The notes beneath the pieces are model-generated. The model worked only from the letters and a program-made list of their open reading frames with translations. It was not told the origin of the DNA and searched no databases. From NCBI GenBank assembly GCA_964057225.1, contig OZ059895.1, positions 22,320,001-22,384,000 of the forward strand: a stretch of DNA of 64,000 nt. Reading direction: 5' to 3'. Of this stretch, positions 28,501-42,900 are shown piece by piece; the stretch's first letter is position 1, and every line of letters starts with the position of its first letter. The position numbers and the translations under genes are program-made. This DNA comes from Auanema rhodensis (taxonomy: Eukaryota; Animalia; Nematoda).

Positions 28501-30240
28501 CGTGATGTGCACTTGGTATGTAACTTGCTTCACGTGAAAGATAAAGGGATGCGGTTTTCAAAATTAGATTCCCCATGTCCATATTAGTCTAAAAACAAAT
28601 TTTTGTTGATATTGGTGTATGGTAACCATGACTTTGTAATTTACGTGAACTTTAATTTATGCTAATTAAGTGTACACGTGATGTGCACTTGGTATGTAAC
28701 TCGCTTCACGTGAAAGATAAAGAGATGCGGTTTTCAAAATTAGATTCCCCATGTCCATATTAGTCTAAAAACAAATTTTTATTAATATTGGTGCATGGTA
28801 ACCATGACTTTGAAATTTACGTGAACTTTAATTTATGCTTATTAAGTGTACACGTGATGTGCACTTGGTATGTAACTCGCTTCACGTGAAAGATAAAGAG
28901 ATGCGGTTTTCAAAATTAGATTCCCCATGTCCATATTAGTCTAAAAACAAATTTTTATTAATATTGGTGCATGGTAACCATGACTTTGAAATTTACGTGA
29001 ACTTTAATTTATGCTTATTAAGTGTACACATGATGTGCGCTTGGTATGTAACTCGCTTCACGTGAAAGATAAAGAGATGCGGTTTTCAAAATTAGATTCC
29101 TCATGTCCATACTAGTCTAAAAACGAATTTTTATTGATATTGATGCATGGTAACCATGACTTTGAAATTTACGTGAACTTTAATTTATGCTTATTAAGTG
29201 TACACGTGATGTGCACTTGGTATGTAACTCGCTTCACGTGAAAGATAAAGGGATGCGGTTTTCAAAAGTAGATTCCCCATGTCCATATTAGTCTAAAAAC
29301 AAATTTTTATTAATATTGGTGCATGGTAACCATGACTTTGAAATTTACGTGAACTTTAATTTATGCTAATTAAGTGTACACATGATGTGCGCTTGGTATG
29401 TAACTCGCTTCACGTGAAAGATAAAGAGATGCGGTTTTCAAAATTAGATTCCCCATTTCCATATTAGTCTAAAAACAATATTTTATTGATATTGGTGCAT
29501 GGCAACCATGACTTTAAAATTTACGTGAACTTTAATTTATGCTAATTAAGTGTACACATGTTGTGCACTTGGTATGTAACTCGCTTCACGTCAAAGATAA
29601 AGAGATGCGGTTTTCAAAATTAGATTCCCCATGTCCATATTAGTCTAAAAACGAATTTTTATTGATATTGATGCATGGTAACCATGACTTTGAAATTTAC
29701 GTGAACTTTAATTTATGCTTATTAAGTGTACACGTGATGTGCACTTGGTATGTAACTTGCTTCACGTGAAAGATAAAGGGATGCGGTTTTCAAAATTAGA
29801 TTCCACATGTCCATATTAGTCTAAAAACAAATTTTTGTTGATATTGGTGGATGGTAACCATGACTTTGTAATTTACGTGAACTTTAATTTATGCTATTTA
29901 AGTGTACACGTGATGTGCACTTGGTATGTAACTCGCTTCACGTGAAAGATAAAGAGATGCGGTTTTCAAAATTAGATTCCTCATGTCCATATCAGTCTAA
30001 AAACGAATTTTTATTGATATTGATGCATGGTAACCATGACTTTGAAATTTACGTGAACTTTAATTTATGCTAATTAAGTGTACACGTGATGTGCACTCGG
30101 TATGTAACTCGCTTCAAGTGAAATATGAAGAGATGCGGTTTTCAAAATTAGATTCCCCATGTCCATATTAGTCTAAAAACAAATTTTTATTGATATTGGT
30201 GCTTGGTAACCATGACTTTGAAATTTACGTGAACTTTAAT
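24780..30240 (+). repeat. Imperfect 16-mer duplication, period 2816 bp (2 copies, internally rearranged)
   Basis: Markers at 24966/27782, GTGTATGG 25802/28618, CTATTTAAG ~27078/~29894 and TTCAAGTG ~27300/~30116 are all 2816 apart. AAAAGTAG at ~26625/~29265 is only 2640 (15x176) apart. Confidence 0.8.
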
Positions 30241-33200
30241 TTATGCTTATTAAGTGTACACGTGATGTGCACTTGGTATGTAACTCGCTTCACGTGAAAG
30301 ATAAAGGGATTCGGTTTTCAAAATTAGATTCCCCATGTCCATATTAGTCTAAAAACAAATTTTTATTAATATTGGTGCATGGTAACCATGACTTTGAAAT
30401 TTACGTGAACTTTAATTTATGCTAATTAAGTGTACACATGATGTGCGCTTGGTATGTAACTCGCTTCACGTGAAAGATAAAGAGATGCGGTTTTCAAAAT
30501 TAGATTCCCCATTTCCATATTAGTCTAAAAACAATATTTTATTGATATTGGTGCATGGCAACCATGACTTTAAAATTTACGTGAACTTTAATTTATGCTA
30601 ATTAAGTGTACACATGATGTGCACTTGGTATGTAACTCGCTTCACGTCAAAGATAAAGAGATGCGGTTTTCAAAATTAGATTCCCCATGTCCATATTAGT
30701 CTAAAAACAAATTTTTATTAATATTGGTGCATGGTAACCATGACTTTGAAATTTACGTGAACTTTAATTTATGCTAATTAAGTGTACACATGATGTGCGC
30801 TTGGTATGTAACTCGCTTCACGTGAAAGATAAAGAGATGCGGTTTTCAAAATTAGATTCCTCATGTCCATACTAGTCTAAAAACGAATTTTTATTGATAT
30901 TGATGCATGGTAACCATGACTTTGAAATTTACGTGAACTTTAATTTATGCTTATTAAGTGTACACGTGATGTGCACTTGGTATGTAACTTGCTTCACGTG
31001 GAAGATAAAGGGATGCGGTTTTCAAAATTAGATTCCCCATGTCCATATTAGTCTAAAAACAAATTTTTGTTGATATTGGTGGATGGTAACCATGACTTTG
31101 AAATTTACGTGAACTTTAATTTATGCTAATTAAGTGTACACGTGATGTGCACTCGGTATGTAACTCGCTTCACGTGAAATATGAAGAGATGCGGTTTTCA
31201 AAATTAGATTCCCCATGTCCATATTAGTCTAAAAACAAATTTTTATTAATATTGGTGCTTGGTAACCATGACTTTGAAATTTACGTGAACTTTAATTTAT
31301 GCTAATTAAGTGAACACATGATGTGCACTTGGTATGTAACTCGCTTCACGTGAAAGATAGAGAGATGCGGTTTTCAAAATAGATTCCCCATGTCCATATT
31401 AGTCTAAAAACGAATTTTTATTGATATTGATTCATGGTAACCATGACTTTGAAAATTACGTGAACTTTAATTTATGCTAATTAAGTGAACACATGATGTG
31501 CACTTGGTATGTAACTCGCTTCACGTGAAAGATAAAGGGATGCGGTTTTCAAAAGTAGATTCCCCATGTCCATATTAGTCTAAAAACAAATTTTTATTAA
31601 TATTGGTGCATGGTAACCATGACTTTGAAATTTACGTGAACTTTAATTTATGCTAATTAAGTGTACACATGATGTGCGCTTGGTATGTAACTCGCTTCAC
31701 GTGAAAGATAAAGAGATGCGGTTTTCAAAATTAGATTCCCCATTTCCATATTAGTCTAAAAACAATATTTTATTGATATTGGTGCATGGCAACCATGACT
31801 TTAAAATTTACGTGAACTTTAATTTATGCTAATTAAGTGTACACATGATGTGCACTTGGTATGTAACTCGCTTCACGTCAAAGATAAAGAGATGCGGTTT
31901 TCAAAATTAGATTCCCCATGTCCATATTAGTCTAAAAACGAATTTTTATTGATATTGATGCATGGTAACCATGACTTTGAAATTTACGTGAACTTTAATT
32001 TATGCTTATTAAGTGTACACGTGATGTGCACTTGGTATGTAACTTGCTTCACGTGAAAGATAAAGGGATGCGGTTTTCAAAATTAGATTCCACATGTCCA
32101 TATTAGTCTAAAAACAAATTTTTGTTGATATTGGTGGATGGTAACCATGACTTTGTAATTTACGTGAACTTTAATTTATGCTAATTAAGTGTACACGTGA
32201 TGTGCACTTGGTATGTAACTCGCTTCACGTGAAAGATAAAGAGATGCGGTTTTCAAAATTAGATTCCTCATGTCCATATCAGTCTAAAAACGAATTTTTA
32301 TTGATATTGATGCATGGTAACCATGACTTTGAAATTTACGTGAACTTTAATTTATGCTTATTAAGTGTACACGTGATGTGCACTTGGTATGTAACTTGCT
32401 TCACGTGAAAGATAAAGGGATGCGGTTTTCAAAATTAGATTCCCCATGTCCATATTAGTCTAAAAACAAATTTTTGTTGATATTGGTGGATGGTAACCAT
32501 GACTTTGAAATTTACGTGAACTTTAATTTATGCTAATTAAGTGTACACGTGATGTGCACTCGGTATGTAACTCGCTTCACGTGAAATATGAAGAGATGCG
32601 GTTTTCAAAATTAGATTCCCCATGTCCATATTAGTCTAAAAACAAATTTTTATTGATATTGGTGCTTGGTAACCATGACTTTGAAATTTACGTGAACTTT
32701 AATTTATGCTTATTAAGTGTACACGTGATGTGCACTTGGTATGTAACTCGCTTCACGTGAAAGATAAAGGGATGCGGTTTTCAAAATTAGATTCCCCATG
32801 TCCATATTAGTCTAAAAACAAATTTTTATTAATATTGGTGCATGGTAACCATGACTTTGAAATTTACGTGAACTTTAATTTATGCTAATTAAGTGTACAC
32901 ATGATGTGCGCTTGGTATGTAACTCGCTTCACGTGAAAGATAAAGAGATGCGGTTTTCACAATTAGATTCCCCATTTCCATATTAGTCTAAAAACAATAT
33001 TTTATTGATATTGGTGCATGGCAACCATGACTTTAAAATTTACGTGAACTTTAATTTATGCTAATTAAGTGTACACATGATGTGCACTTGGTATGTAACT
33101 CGCTTCACGTCAAAGATAAAGAGATGCGGTTTTCAAAATTAGATTCCCCATGTCCATATTAGTCTAAAAACAAATTTTTATTAATATTGGTGCATGGTAA

Positions 33201-34590
33201 CCATGACTTTGAAATTTACGTGAACTTTAATTTATGCTAATTAAGTGTACACATGATGTGCGCTTGGTATGTAACTCGCTTCACGTGAAATATGAAGAGA
33301 TGCGGTTTTCAAAATTAGATTCCCCATGTCCATATTAGTCTAAAAACAAATTTTTATTAATATTGGTGCTTGGTAACCATGACTTTGAAAATTACGTGAA
33401 CTTTAATTTATGCTAATTAAGTGAACACATGATGTGCACTTGGTATGTAACTCGCTTCACGTGAAAGATAAAGAGATGTGGTTTTCAAAATAGATTCCCC
33501 ATGTCCATATTAGTCTAAAAACGAATTTTTATTGATATTGATTCATGGTAACCATGACTTTGAAAATTACGTGAACTTTAATTTATGCTTATTAAGTGTA
33601 CACGTGATGTGCACTTGGTATGTAACTCGCTTCACGTGAAAGATAAAAGGATGCGGTTTTCAAAATTAGATTCCCCATGTCCATATTAGTCTAAAAACAA
33701 ATTTTTATTAATATTGGTGCATGGTAACCATGACTTTGAAATTTACGTGAACTTTAATTTATGCTAATTAAGTGTACACATGATGTGCGCTTGGTATGTA
33801 ACTCGCTTCACGTGAAAGATAAAGAGATGCGGTTTTCAAAATTAGATTCTCCATGTCCATATTAGTCTAAAAACAAATTTTTGTTGATATTGGTGGATGG
33901 TAACCATGACTTTGTAATTTACGTGAACTTTAATTTATGCTAATTAAGTGTACACGTGATGTGCACTTGGTATGTAACTCGCTTCACGTGAAAGATAAAG
34001 AGATGCGGTTTTCAAAATTAGATTCCTCATGTCCATATTAGTCTAAAAACGAATTTTCATTGATATTGATGCATGGTAACCATGACTTTGAAATTTACGT
34101 GAACTTTAATTTATGCTTATTAAGTGTACACATGATGTGCGCTTGGTATGTAACTCGCTTCACGTGAAAGATAAAGGGATGCGGTTTTCAAAATTAGATT
34201 CCCCATGTCCATATTAGTCTAAAAACAAATTTTTATTAATATTGGTGCATGGTAACCATGACTTTGAAATTTACGTGAACTTTAATTTATGCTAATTAAG
34301 TGTACACATGATGTGCGCTTGGTATGTAACTCGCTTCACGTGAAAGATAAAGAGATGCGGTTTTCAAAATTAGATTCCCCATTTCCATATTAGTCTAAAA
34401 ACAATATTTTATTGATATTGGTGCATGGCAACCATGACTTTAAAATTTACGTGAACTTTAATTTATGCTAATTAAGTGTACACATGATGTGCACTTGGTA
34501 TGTAACTCGCTTCACGTCAAAGATAAAGAGATGCGGTTTTCAAAATTAGATTCCCCATGTCCATATTAGTCTAAAAACAAATTTTTATTA

Positions 34591-37500
34591 ATATTGGTGC
34601 ATGGTAACCATGACTTTGAAATTTACGTGAACTTTAATTTATGCTAATTAAGTGTACACATGATGTGCGCTTGGTATGTAACTCGCTTCACGTGAAATAT
34701 GAAGAGATGCGGTTTTCAAAATTAGATTCCCCATGTCCATATTATTCTAAAAACAAATTTTTATTAATATTGGTGCTTGGTAACCATGACTTTGAAATTT
34801 ACGTGAACTTTAATTTATGCTAATTAAGTGAACACATGATGTGCACTTGGTATGTAACTCGCTTCACGTGAAAGATAGAGAGATGCGGTTTTCAAAATAG
34901 ATTCCCCATGTCCATATTAGTCTAAAAACGAATTTTTATTGATATTGATTCATGGTAACCATGACTTTGAAAATTACGTGAACTTTAATTTATGCTAATT
35001 AAGTGAACACATGATGTGCACTTGGTATGTAACTCGCTTCACGTGAAAGATAAAGAGATGTGGTTTTCAAAATAGATTCCCCATGTCCATATTAGTCTAA
35101 AAACGAATTTTTATTGATATTGATTCATGGTAACCATGACTTTGAAAATTACGTGAACTTTAATTTATGCTTATTAAGTGAACACATGATGTGCACTTGG
35201 TATGTAACTCGCTTCACGTGAAAGATAAAGAGATGCGGTTTTCAAAATTAGATTCCCCATGTCCATATTAGTCTAAAAACAAATTTTTATTAATATTGGT
35301 GCATGGTAACCATGACTTTGAAATTTACGTGAACTTTAATTTATGCTAATTAAGTGTACACATGATGTGCGCTTGGTATGTAACTCGCTTCACGTGAAAG
35401 ATAAAGAGATGCGGTTTTCAAAATTAGATTCCCCATGTCCATATTAGTCTAAAAACAAATTTTTGTTGATATTGGTGGATGGTAACCATGACTTTGTAAT
35501 TTACGTGAACTTTAATTTATGCTAATTAAGTGTACACGTGATGTGCACTTGGTATGTAACTCGCTTCACGTGAAAGATAAAGAGATGCGGTTTTCAAAAT
35601 TAGATTCCTCATGTCCATATTAGTCTAAAAACGAATTTTCATTGATATTGATGCATGGTAACCATGACTTTGAAATTTACGTGAACTTTAATTTATGCTT
35701 ATTAAGTGTACACGTGATGTGCACTTGGTATGTAACTTGCTTCACGTGAAAGATAAAGGGATGCGGTTTTCAAAATTAGATTCCCCATGTCCATATTAGT
35801 CTAAAAACAAATTTTTGTTGATATTGGTGCATGGTAACCATGACTTTGAAATTTACGTGAACTTTAATTTATGCTAATTAAGTGTACACATGATGTGCGC
35901 TTGGTATGTAACTCGCTTCACGTGAAATATGAAGAGATGCGGTTTTCAAAATTAGATTCCCCATGTCCATATTATTCTAAAAACAAATTTTTATTAATAT
36001 TGGTGCTTGGTAACCATGACTTTGAAATTTACGTGAACTTTAATTTATGCTAATTAAGTGAACACATGATGTGCACTTGGTATGTAACTCGCTTCACGTG
36101 AAAGATAGAGAGATGCGGTTTTCAAAATAGATTCCCCATGTCCATATTAGTCTAAAAACGAATTTTTATTGATATTGATTCATGGTAACCATGACTTTGA
36201 AAATTACGTGAACTTTAATTTATGCTAATTAAGTGAACACATGATGTGCACTTGGTATGTAACTCGCTTCACGTGAAAGATAAAGAGATGTGGTTTTCAA
36301 AATAGATTCCCCATGTCCATATTAGTCTAAAAACGAATTTTTATTGATATTGATTCATGGTAACCATGACTTTGAAAATTACGTGAACTTTAATTTATGC
36401 TTATTAAGTGAACACATGATGTGCACTTGGTATGTAACTCGCTTCACGTGAAAGATAAAGAGATGCGGTTTTCAAAATTAGATTCCCCATGTCCATATTA
36501 GTCTAAAAACAAATTTTTATTAATATTGGTGCATGGTAACCATGACTTTGAAATTTACGTGAACTTTAATTTATGCTAATTAAGTGTACACATGATGTGC
36601 GCTTGGTATGTAACTCGCTTCACGTGAAAGATAAAGAGATGCGGTTTTCAAAATTAGATTCCCCATGTCCATATTAGTCTAAAAACAAATTTTTGTTGAT
36701 ATTGGTGGATGGTAACCATGACTTTGTAATTTACGTGAACTTTAATTTATGCTAATTAAGTGTACACGTGATGTGCACTTGGTATGTAACTCGCTTCACG
36801 TGAAAGATAAAGAGATGCGGTTTTCAAAATTAGATTCCTCATGTCCATATTAGTCTAAAAACGAATTTTCATTGATATTGATGCATGGTAACCATGACTT
36901 TGAAATTTACGTGAACTTTAATTTATGCTTATTAAGTGTACACGTGATGTGCACTTGGTATGTAACTTGCTTCACGTGAAAGATAAAGGGATGCGGTTTT
37001 CAAAATTAGATTCCCCATGTCCATATTAGTCTAAAAACAAATTTTTGTTGATATTGGTGCATGGTAACCATGACTTTGAAATTTACGTGAACTTTAATTT
37101 ATGCTAATTAAGTGTACACATGATGTGCGCTTGGTATGTAACTCGCTTCACGTGAAATATGAAGAGATGCGGTTTTCAAAATTAGATTCCCCATGTCCAT
37201 ATTATTCTAAAAACAAATTTTTATTAATATTGGTGCTTGGTAACCATGACTTTGAAATTTACGTGAACTTTAATTTATGCTAATTAAGTGAACACATGAT
37301 GTGCACTTGGTATGTAACTCGCTTCACGTGAAAGATAGAGAGATGCGGTTTTCAAAATAGATTCCCCATGTCCATATTAGTCTAAAAACGAATTTTTATT
37401 GATATTGATTCATGGTAACCATGACTTTGAAAATTACGTGAACTTTAATTTATGCTAATTAAGTGAACACATGATGTGCACTTGGTATGTAACTCGCTTC

Positions 37501-38173
37501 ACGTGAAAGATAAAGAGATGTGGTTTTCAAAATAGATTCCCCATGTCCATATTAGTCTAAAAACGAATTTTTATTGATATTGATTCATGGTAACCATGAC
37601 TTTGAAAATTACGTGAACTTTAATTTATGCTTATTAAGTGAACACATGATGTGCACTTGGTATGTAACTCGCTTCACGTGAAAGATAAAGAGATGCGGTT
37701 TTCAAAATTAGATTCCCCATGTCCATATTAGTCTAAAAACAAATTTTTATTAATATTGGTGCATGGTAACCATGACTTTGAAATTTACGTGAACTTTAAT
37801 TTATGCTAATTAAGTGTACACATGATGTGCGCTTGGTATGTAACTCGCTTCACGTGAAAGATAAAGAGATGCGGTTTTCAAAATTAGATTCCCCATGTCC
37901 ATATTAGTCTAAAAACAAATTTTTGTTGATATTGGTGGATGGTAACCATGACTTTGTAATTTACGTGAACTTTAATTTATGCTAATTAAGTGTACACGTG
38001 ATGTGCACTTGGTATGTAACTCGCTTCACGTGAAAGATAAAGAGATGCGGTTTTCAAAATTAGATTCCTCATGTCCATATTAGTCTAAAAACGAATTTTC
38101 ATTGATATTGATGCATGGTAACCATGACTTTGAAATTTACGTGAACTTTAATTTATGCTTATTAAGTGTACAC
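34591..38173 (+). repeat. Local 7-mer HOR, period 1230 bp (~2.9 copies)
   Basis: ATTATTCTAA at 34741, 35971, 37201; ORF-track hits at 34641/35871/37101; 1230 = 7x176-2 (two 175-bp monomers per unit). Confidence 0.95.
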
Positions 38174-38612
38174 ATGATGTGCGCTTGGTATGTAACTCGC
38201 TTCACGTGAAAGATAAAGAGATGCGGTTTTCAAAATTAGATTCCTCATGTCCATATTAGTCTAAAAACTAATTTTTATTGATATTGATGCATGGTAACCA
38301 TGACTTTGAAATTTACGTGAACTTTAATTTATGCTTATTAAGTGTACACGTGATGTGCACTTGGTATGTAACTTGCTTCACGTGAAAGATAAAGGGATGC
38401 GGTTTTCAAAATTAGATTCCCCATGTCCATATTAGTCTAAAAACAAATTTTTGTTGATATTGGTGGATGGTAACCATGACTTTGAAATTTACGTGAACTT
38501 TAATTTATGCTAATTAAGTGTACACGTGATGTGCACTCGGTATGTAACTCGCTTCACGTGAAATATGAAGAGATGCGGTTTTCAAAATTAGATTCCCCAT
38601 GTCCATATTAGA

Positions 38613-40386
38613 CTAAAAACAAATTTTTATTAATATTGGTGCTTGGTAACCATGACTTTGAAATTTACGTGAACTTTAATTTATGCTAATTAAGTGAACA
38701 CATGATGTGCACTTGGTATGTAACTCGCTTCACGTGAAAGATAGAGAGATGCGGTTTTCAAAATAGATTCCCCATGTCCATATTAGTCTAAAAACGAATT
38801 TTTATTGATATTGATTCATGGTAACCATGACTTTGAAAATTACGTGAACTTTAATTTATGCTAATTAAGTGAACACATGATGTGCACTTGGTATGTAACT
38901 CGCTTCACGTGAAAGATAAAGGGATGCGGTTCTCAAAAGTAGATTCCCCATGTCCATATTAGTCTAAAAACAAATTTTTATTAATATTGGTGCATGGTAA
39001 CCATGACTTTGAAATTTACGTGAACTTTAATTTATGCTAATTAAGTGTACACATGATGTGCGCTTGGTATGTAACTCGCTTCACGTGAAAGATAAAGAGA
39101 TGCGGTTTTCAAAATTAGATTCCCCATTTCCATATTAGTCTAAAAACAATATTTTATTGATATTGGTGCATGGCAACCATGACTTTAAAATTTACGTGAA
39201 CTTTAATTTATGCTAATTAAGTGTACACATGTTGTGCACTTGGTATGTAACTCGCTTCACGTCAAAGATAAAGAGATGCGGTTTTCAAAATTAGATTCCC
39301 CATGTCCATATTAGTCTAAAAACGAATTTTTATTGATATTGATGCATGGTAACCATGACTTTGAAATTTACGTGAACTTTAATTTATGCTTATTAAGTGT
39401 ACACGTGATGTGCACTTGGTATGTAACTTGCTTCACGTGAAAGATAAAGGGATGCGGTTTTCAAAATTAGATTCCACATGTCCATATTAGTCTAAAAACA
39501 AATTTTTATTAATATTGGTGCTTGGTAACCATGACTTTGAAATTTACGTGAACTTTAATTTATGCTAATTAAGTGAACACATGATGTGCACTTGGTATGT
39601 AACTCGCTTCACGTGAAAGATAGAGAGATGCGGTTTTCAAAATAGATTCCCCATGTCCATATTAGTCTAAAAACGAATTTTTATTGATATTGATTCATGG
39701 TAACCATGACTTTGAAAATTACGTGAACTTTAATTTATGCTAATTAAGTGAACACATGATGTGCACTTGGTATGTAACTCGCTTCACGTGAAAGATAAAG
39801 GGATGCGGTTCTCAAAAGTAGATTCCCCATGTCCATATTAGTCTAAAAACAAATTTTTATTAATATTGGTGCATGGTAACCATGACTTTGAAATTTACGT
39901 GAACTTTAATTTATGCTAATTAAGTGTACACATGATGTGCGCTTGGTATGTAACTCGCTTCACGTGAAAGATAAAGAGATGCGGTTTTCAAAATTAGATT
40001 CCCCATTTCCATATTAGTCTAAAAACAATATTTTATTGATATTGGTGCATGGCAACCATGACTTTAAAATTTACGTGAACTTTAATTTATGCTAATTAAG
40101 TGTACACATGTTGTGCACTTGGTATGTAACTCGCTTCACGTCAAAGATAAAGAGATGCGGTTTTCAAAATTAGATTCCCCATGTCCATATTAGTCTAAAA
40201 ACGAATTTTTATTGATATTGATGCATGGTAACCATGACTTTGAAATTTACGTGAACTTTAATTTATGCTTATTAAGTGTACACGTGATGTGCACTTGGTA
40301 TGTAACTTGCTTCACGTGAAAGATAAAGGGATGCGGTTTTCAAAATTAGATTCCACATGTCCATATTAGTCTAAAAACAAATTTTT
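38613..40386 (+). repeat. Local 5-mer tandem duplication, period 879 bp (2 copies)
   Basis: GGTTCTCAAAAGT (C at 38932 and 39811); 879 = 5x176-1. Confidence 0.9.
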
Positions 40387-41519
40387 GTTGATATTGGTGG
40401 ATGGTAACCATGACTTTGTAATTTACGTGAACTTTAATTTATGCTAATTAAGTGTACACGTGATGTGCACTTGGTATGTAACTCGCTTCACGTGAAAGAT
40501 AAAGAGATGCGGTTTTCAAAATTAGATTCCTCATGTCCATATCAGTCTAAAAACGAATTTTTATTGATATTGATGCATGGTAACCATGACTTTGAAATTT
40601 ACGTGAACTTTAATTTATGCTTATTAAGTGTACACGTGATGTGCACTTGGTATGTAACTTGCTTCACGTGAAAGATAAAGGGATGCGGTTTTCAAAATTA
40701 GATTCCCCATGTCCATATTAGTCTAAAAACAAATTTTTGTTGATATTGGTGGATGGTAACCATGACTTTGAAATTTACGTGAACTTTAATTTATGCTAAT
40801 TAAGTGTACACGTGATGTGCACTCGGTATGTAACTCGCTTCACGTGAAATATGAAGAGATGCGGTTTTCAAAATTAGATTCCCCATGTCCATATTAGTCT
40901 AAAAACAAATTTTTATTGATATTGGTGCTTGGTAACCATGACTTTGAAATTTACGTGAACTTTAATTTATGCTTATTAAGTGTACACGTGATGTGCACTT
41001 GGTATGTAACTCGCTTCACGTGAAAGATAAAGGGATGCGGTTTTCAAAATTAGATTCCCCATTTCCATATTAGTCTAAAAACAAATTTTTATTAATATTG
41101 GTGCATGGTAACCATGACTTTGAAATTTACGTGAACTTTAATTTATGCTAATTAAGTGTACACATGATGTGCGCTTGGTATGTAACTCGCTTCACGTGAA
41201 ATATGAAGAGATGCGGTTTTCAAAATTAGATTCCCCATGTCCATATTAGTCTAAAAACAAATTTTTATTAATATTGGTGCTTGGTAACCATGACTTTGAA
41301 ATTTACGTGAACTTTAATTTATGCTAATTAAGTGAACACATGATGTGCACTTGGTATGTAACTCGCTTCACGTGAAAGATAGAGAGATGCGGTTTTCAAA
41401 ATAGATTCCCCATGTCCATATTAGTCTAAAAACGAATTTTTATTGATATTGATTCATGGTAACCATGACTTTGAAAATTACGTGAACTTTAATTTATGCT
41501 AATTAAGTGAACACATGAT

Positions 41520-42900
41520 GTGCACTTGGTATGTAACTCGCTTCACGTGAAAGATAAAGAGATGTGGTTTTCAAAATAGATTCCCCATGTCCATATTAGT
41601 CTAAAAACGAATTTTTATTGATATTGATTCATGGTAACCATGACTTTGAAAATTACGTGAACTTTAATTTATGCTTATTAAGTGTACACGTGATGTGCAC
41701 TTGGTATGTAACTCGCTTCACGTGAAAGATAAAGGGATGCGGTTTTCAAAATTAGATTCCCCATGTCCATATTAGTCTAAAAACAAATTTTTATTAATAT
41801 TGGTGCATGGTAACCATGACTTTGAAATTTACGTGAACTTTAATTTATGCTAATTAAGTGTACACATGATGTGCGCTTGGTATGTAACTCGCTTCACGTG
41901 AAAGATAAAGAGATGTGGTTTTCAAAATAGATTCCCCATGTCCATATTAGTCTAAAAACGAATTTTTATTGATATTGATTCATGGTAACCATGACTTTGA
42001 AAATTACGTGAACTTTAATTTATGCTTATTAAGTGTACACGTGATGTGCACTTGGTATGTAACTCGCTTCACGTGAAAGATAAAGGGATGCGGTTTTCAA
42101 AATTAGATTCCCCATGTCCATATTAGTCTAAAAACAAATTTTTATTAATATTGGTGCATGGTAACCATGACTTTGAAATTTACGTGAACTTTAATTTATG
42201 CTAATTAAGTGTACACATGATGTGCGCTTGGTATGTAACTCGCTTCACGTGAAAGATAAAGAGATGCGGTTTTCAAAATTAGATTTCGCATGTCCATATT
42301 AGTCTAAAAACAAATTTTTATTGATATTGGTGCATGGTAACCATGACTTTGAAATTTACGTGAACTTTAATTTATGCTAATTAAGTGTACACATGATGTG
42401 CGCTTGGTATGTAACTCGCTTCACGTGAAAGATAAAGAGATGTGGTTTTCAAAATAGATTCCCCATGTCCATATTAGTCTAAAAACGAATTTTTATTGAT
42501 ATTGATTCATGGTAACCATGACTTTGAAAATTACGTGAACTTTAATTTATGCTTATTAAGTGTACACGTGATGTGCACTTGGTATGTAACTCGCTTCACG
42601 TGAAAGATAAAGGGATGCGGTTTTCAAAATTAGATTCCCCATGTCCATATTAGTCTAAAAACAAATTTTTATTAATATTGGTGCATGGTAACCATGACTT
42701 TGAAATTTACGTGAACTTTAATTTATGCTAATTAAGTGTACACATGATGTGCGCTTGGTATGTAACTCGCTTCACGTGAAAGATTAAGAGATGCGGTTTT
42801 CAAAATTAGATTTCGCATGTCCATATTAGTCTAAAAACAATTTTTTATTGATATTGGTGCATGGTAACCATGACTTTAAAATTTACGTGAACTTTAATTT
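41520..42900 (+). repeat. Nested dimer (351 bp) and trimer (527 bp) duplications
   Basis: GATGTGG plus deletion monomer at ~41561, ~41912, ~42439; private TTTCGCATG (G at 42288 and 42815, spacing 527). Confidence 0.8.
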
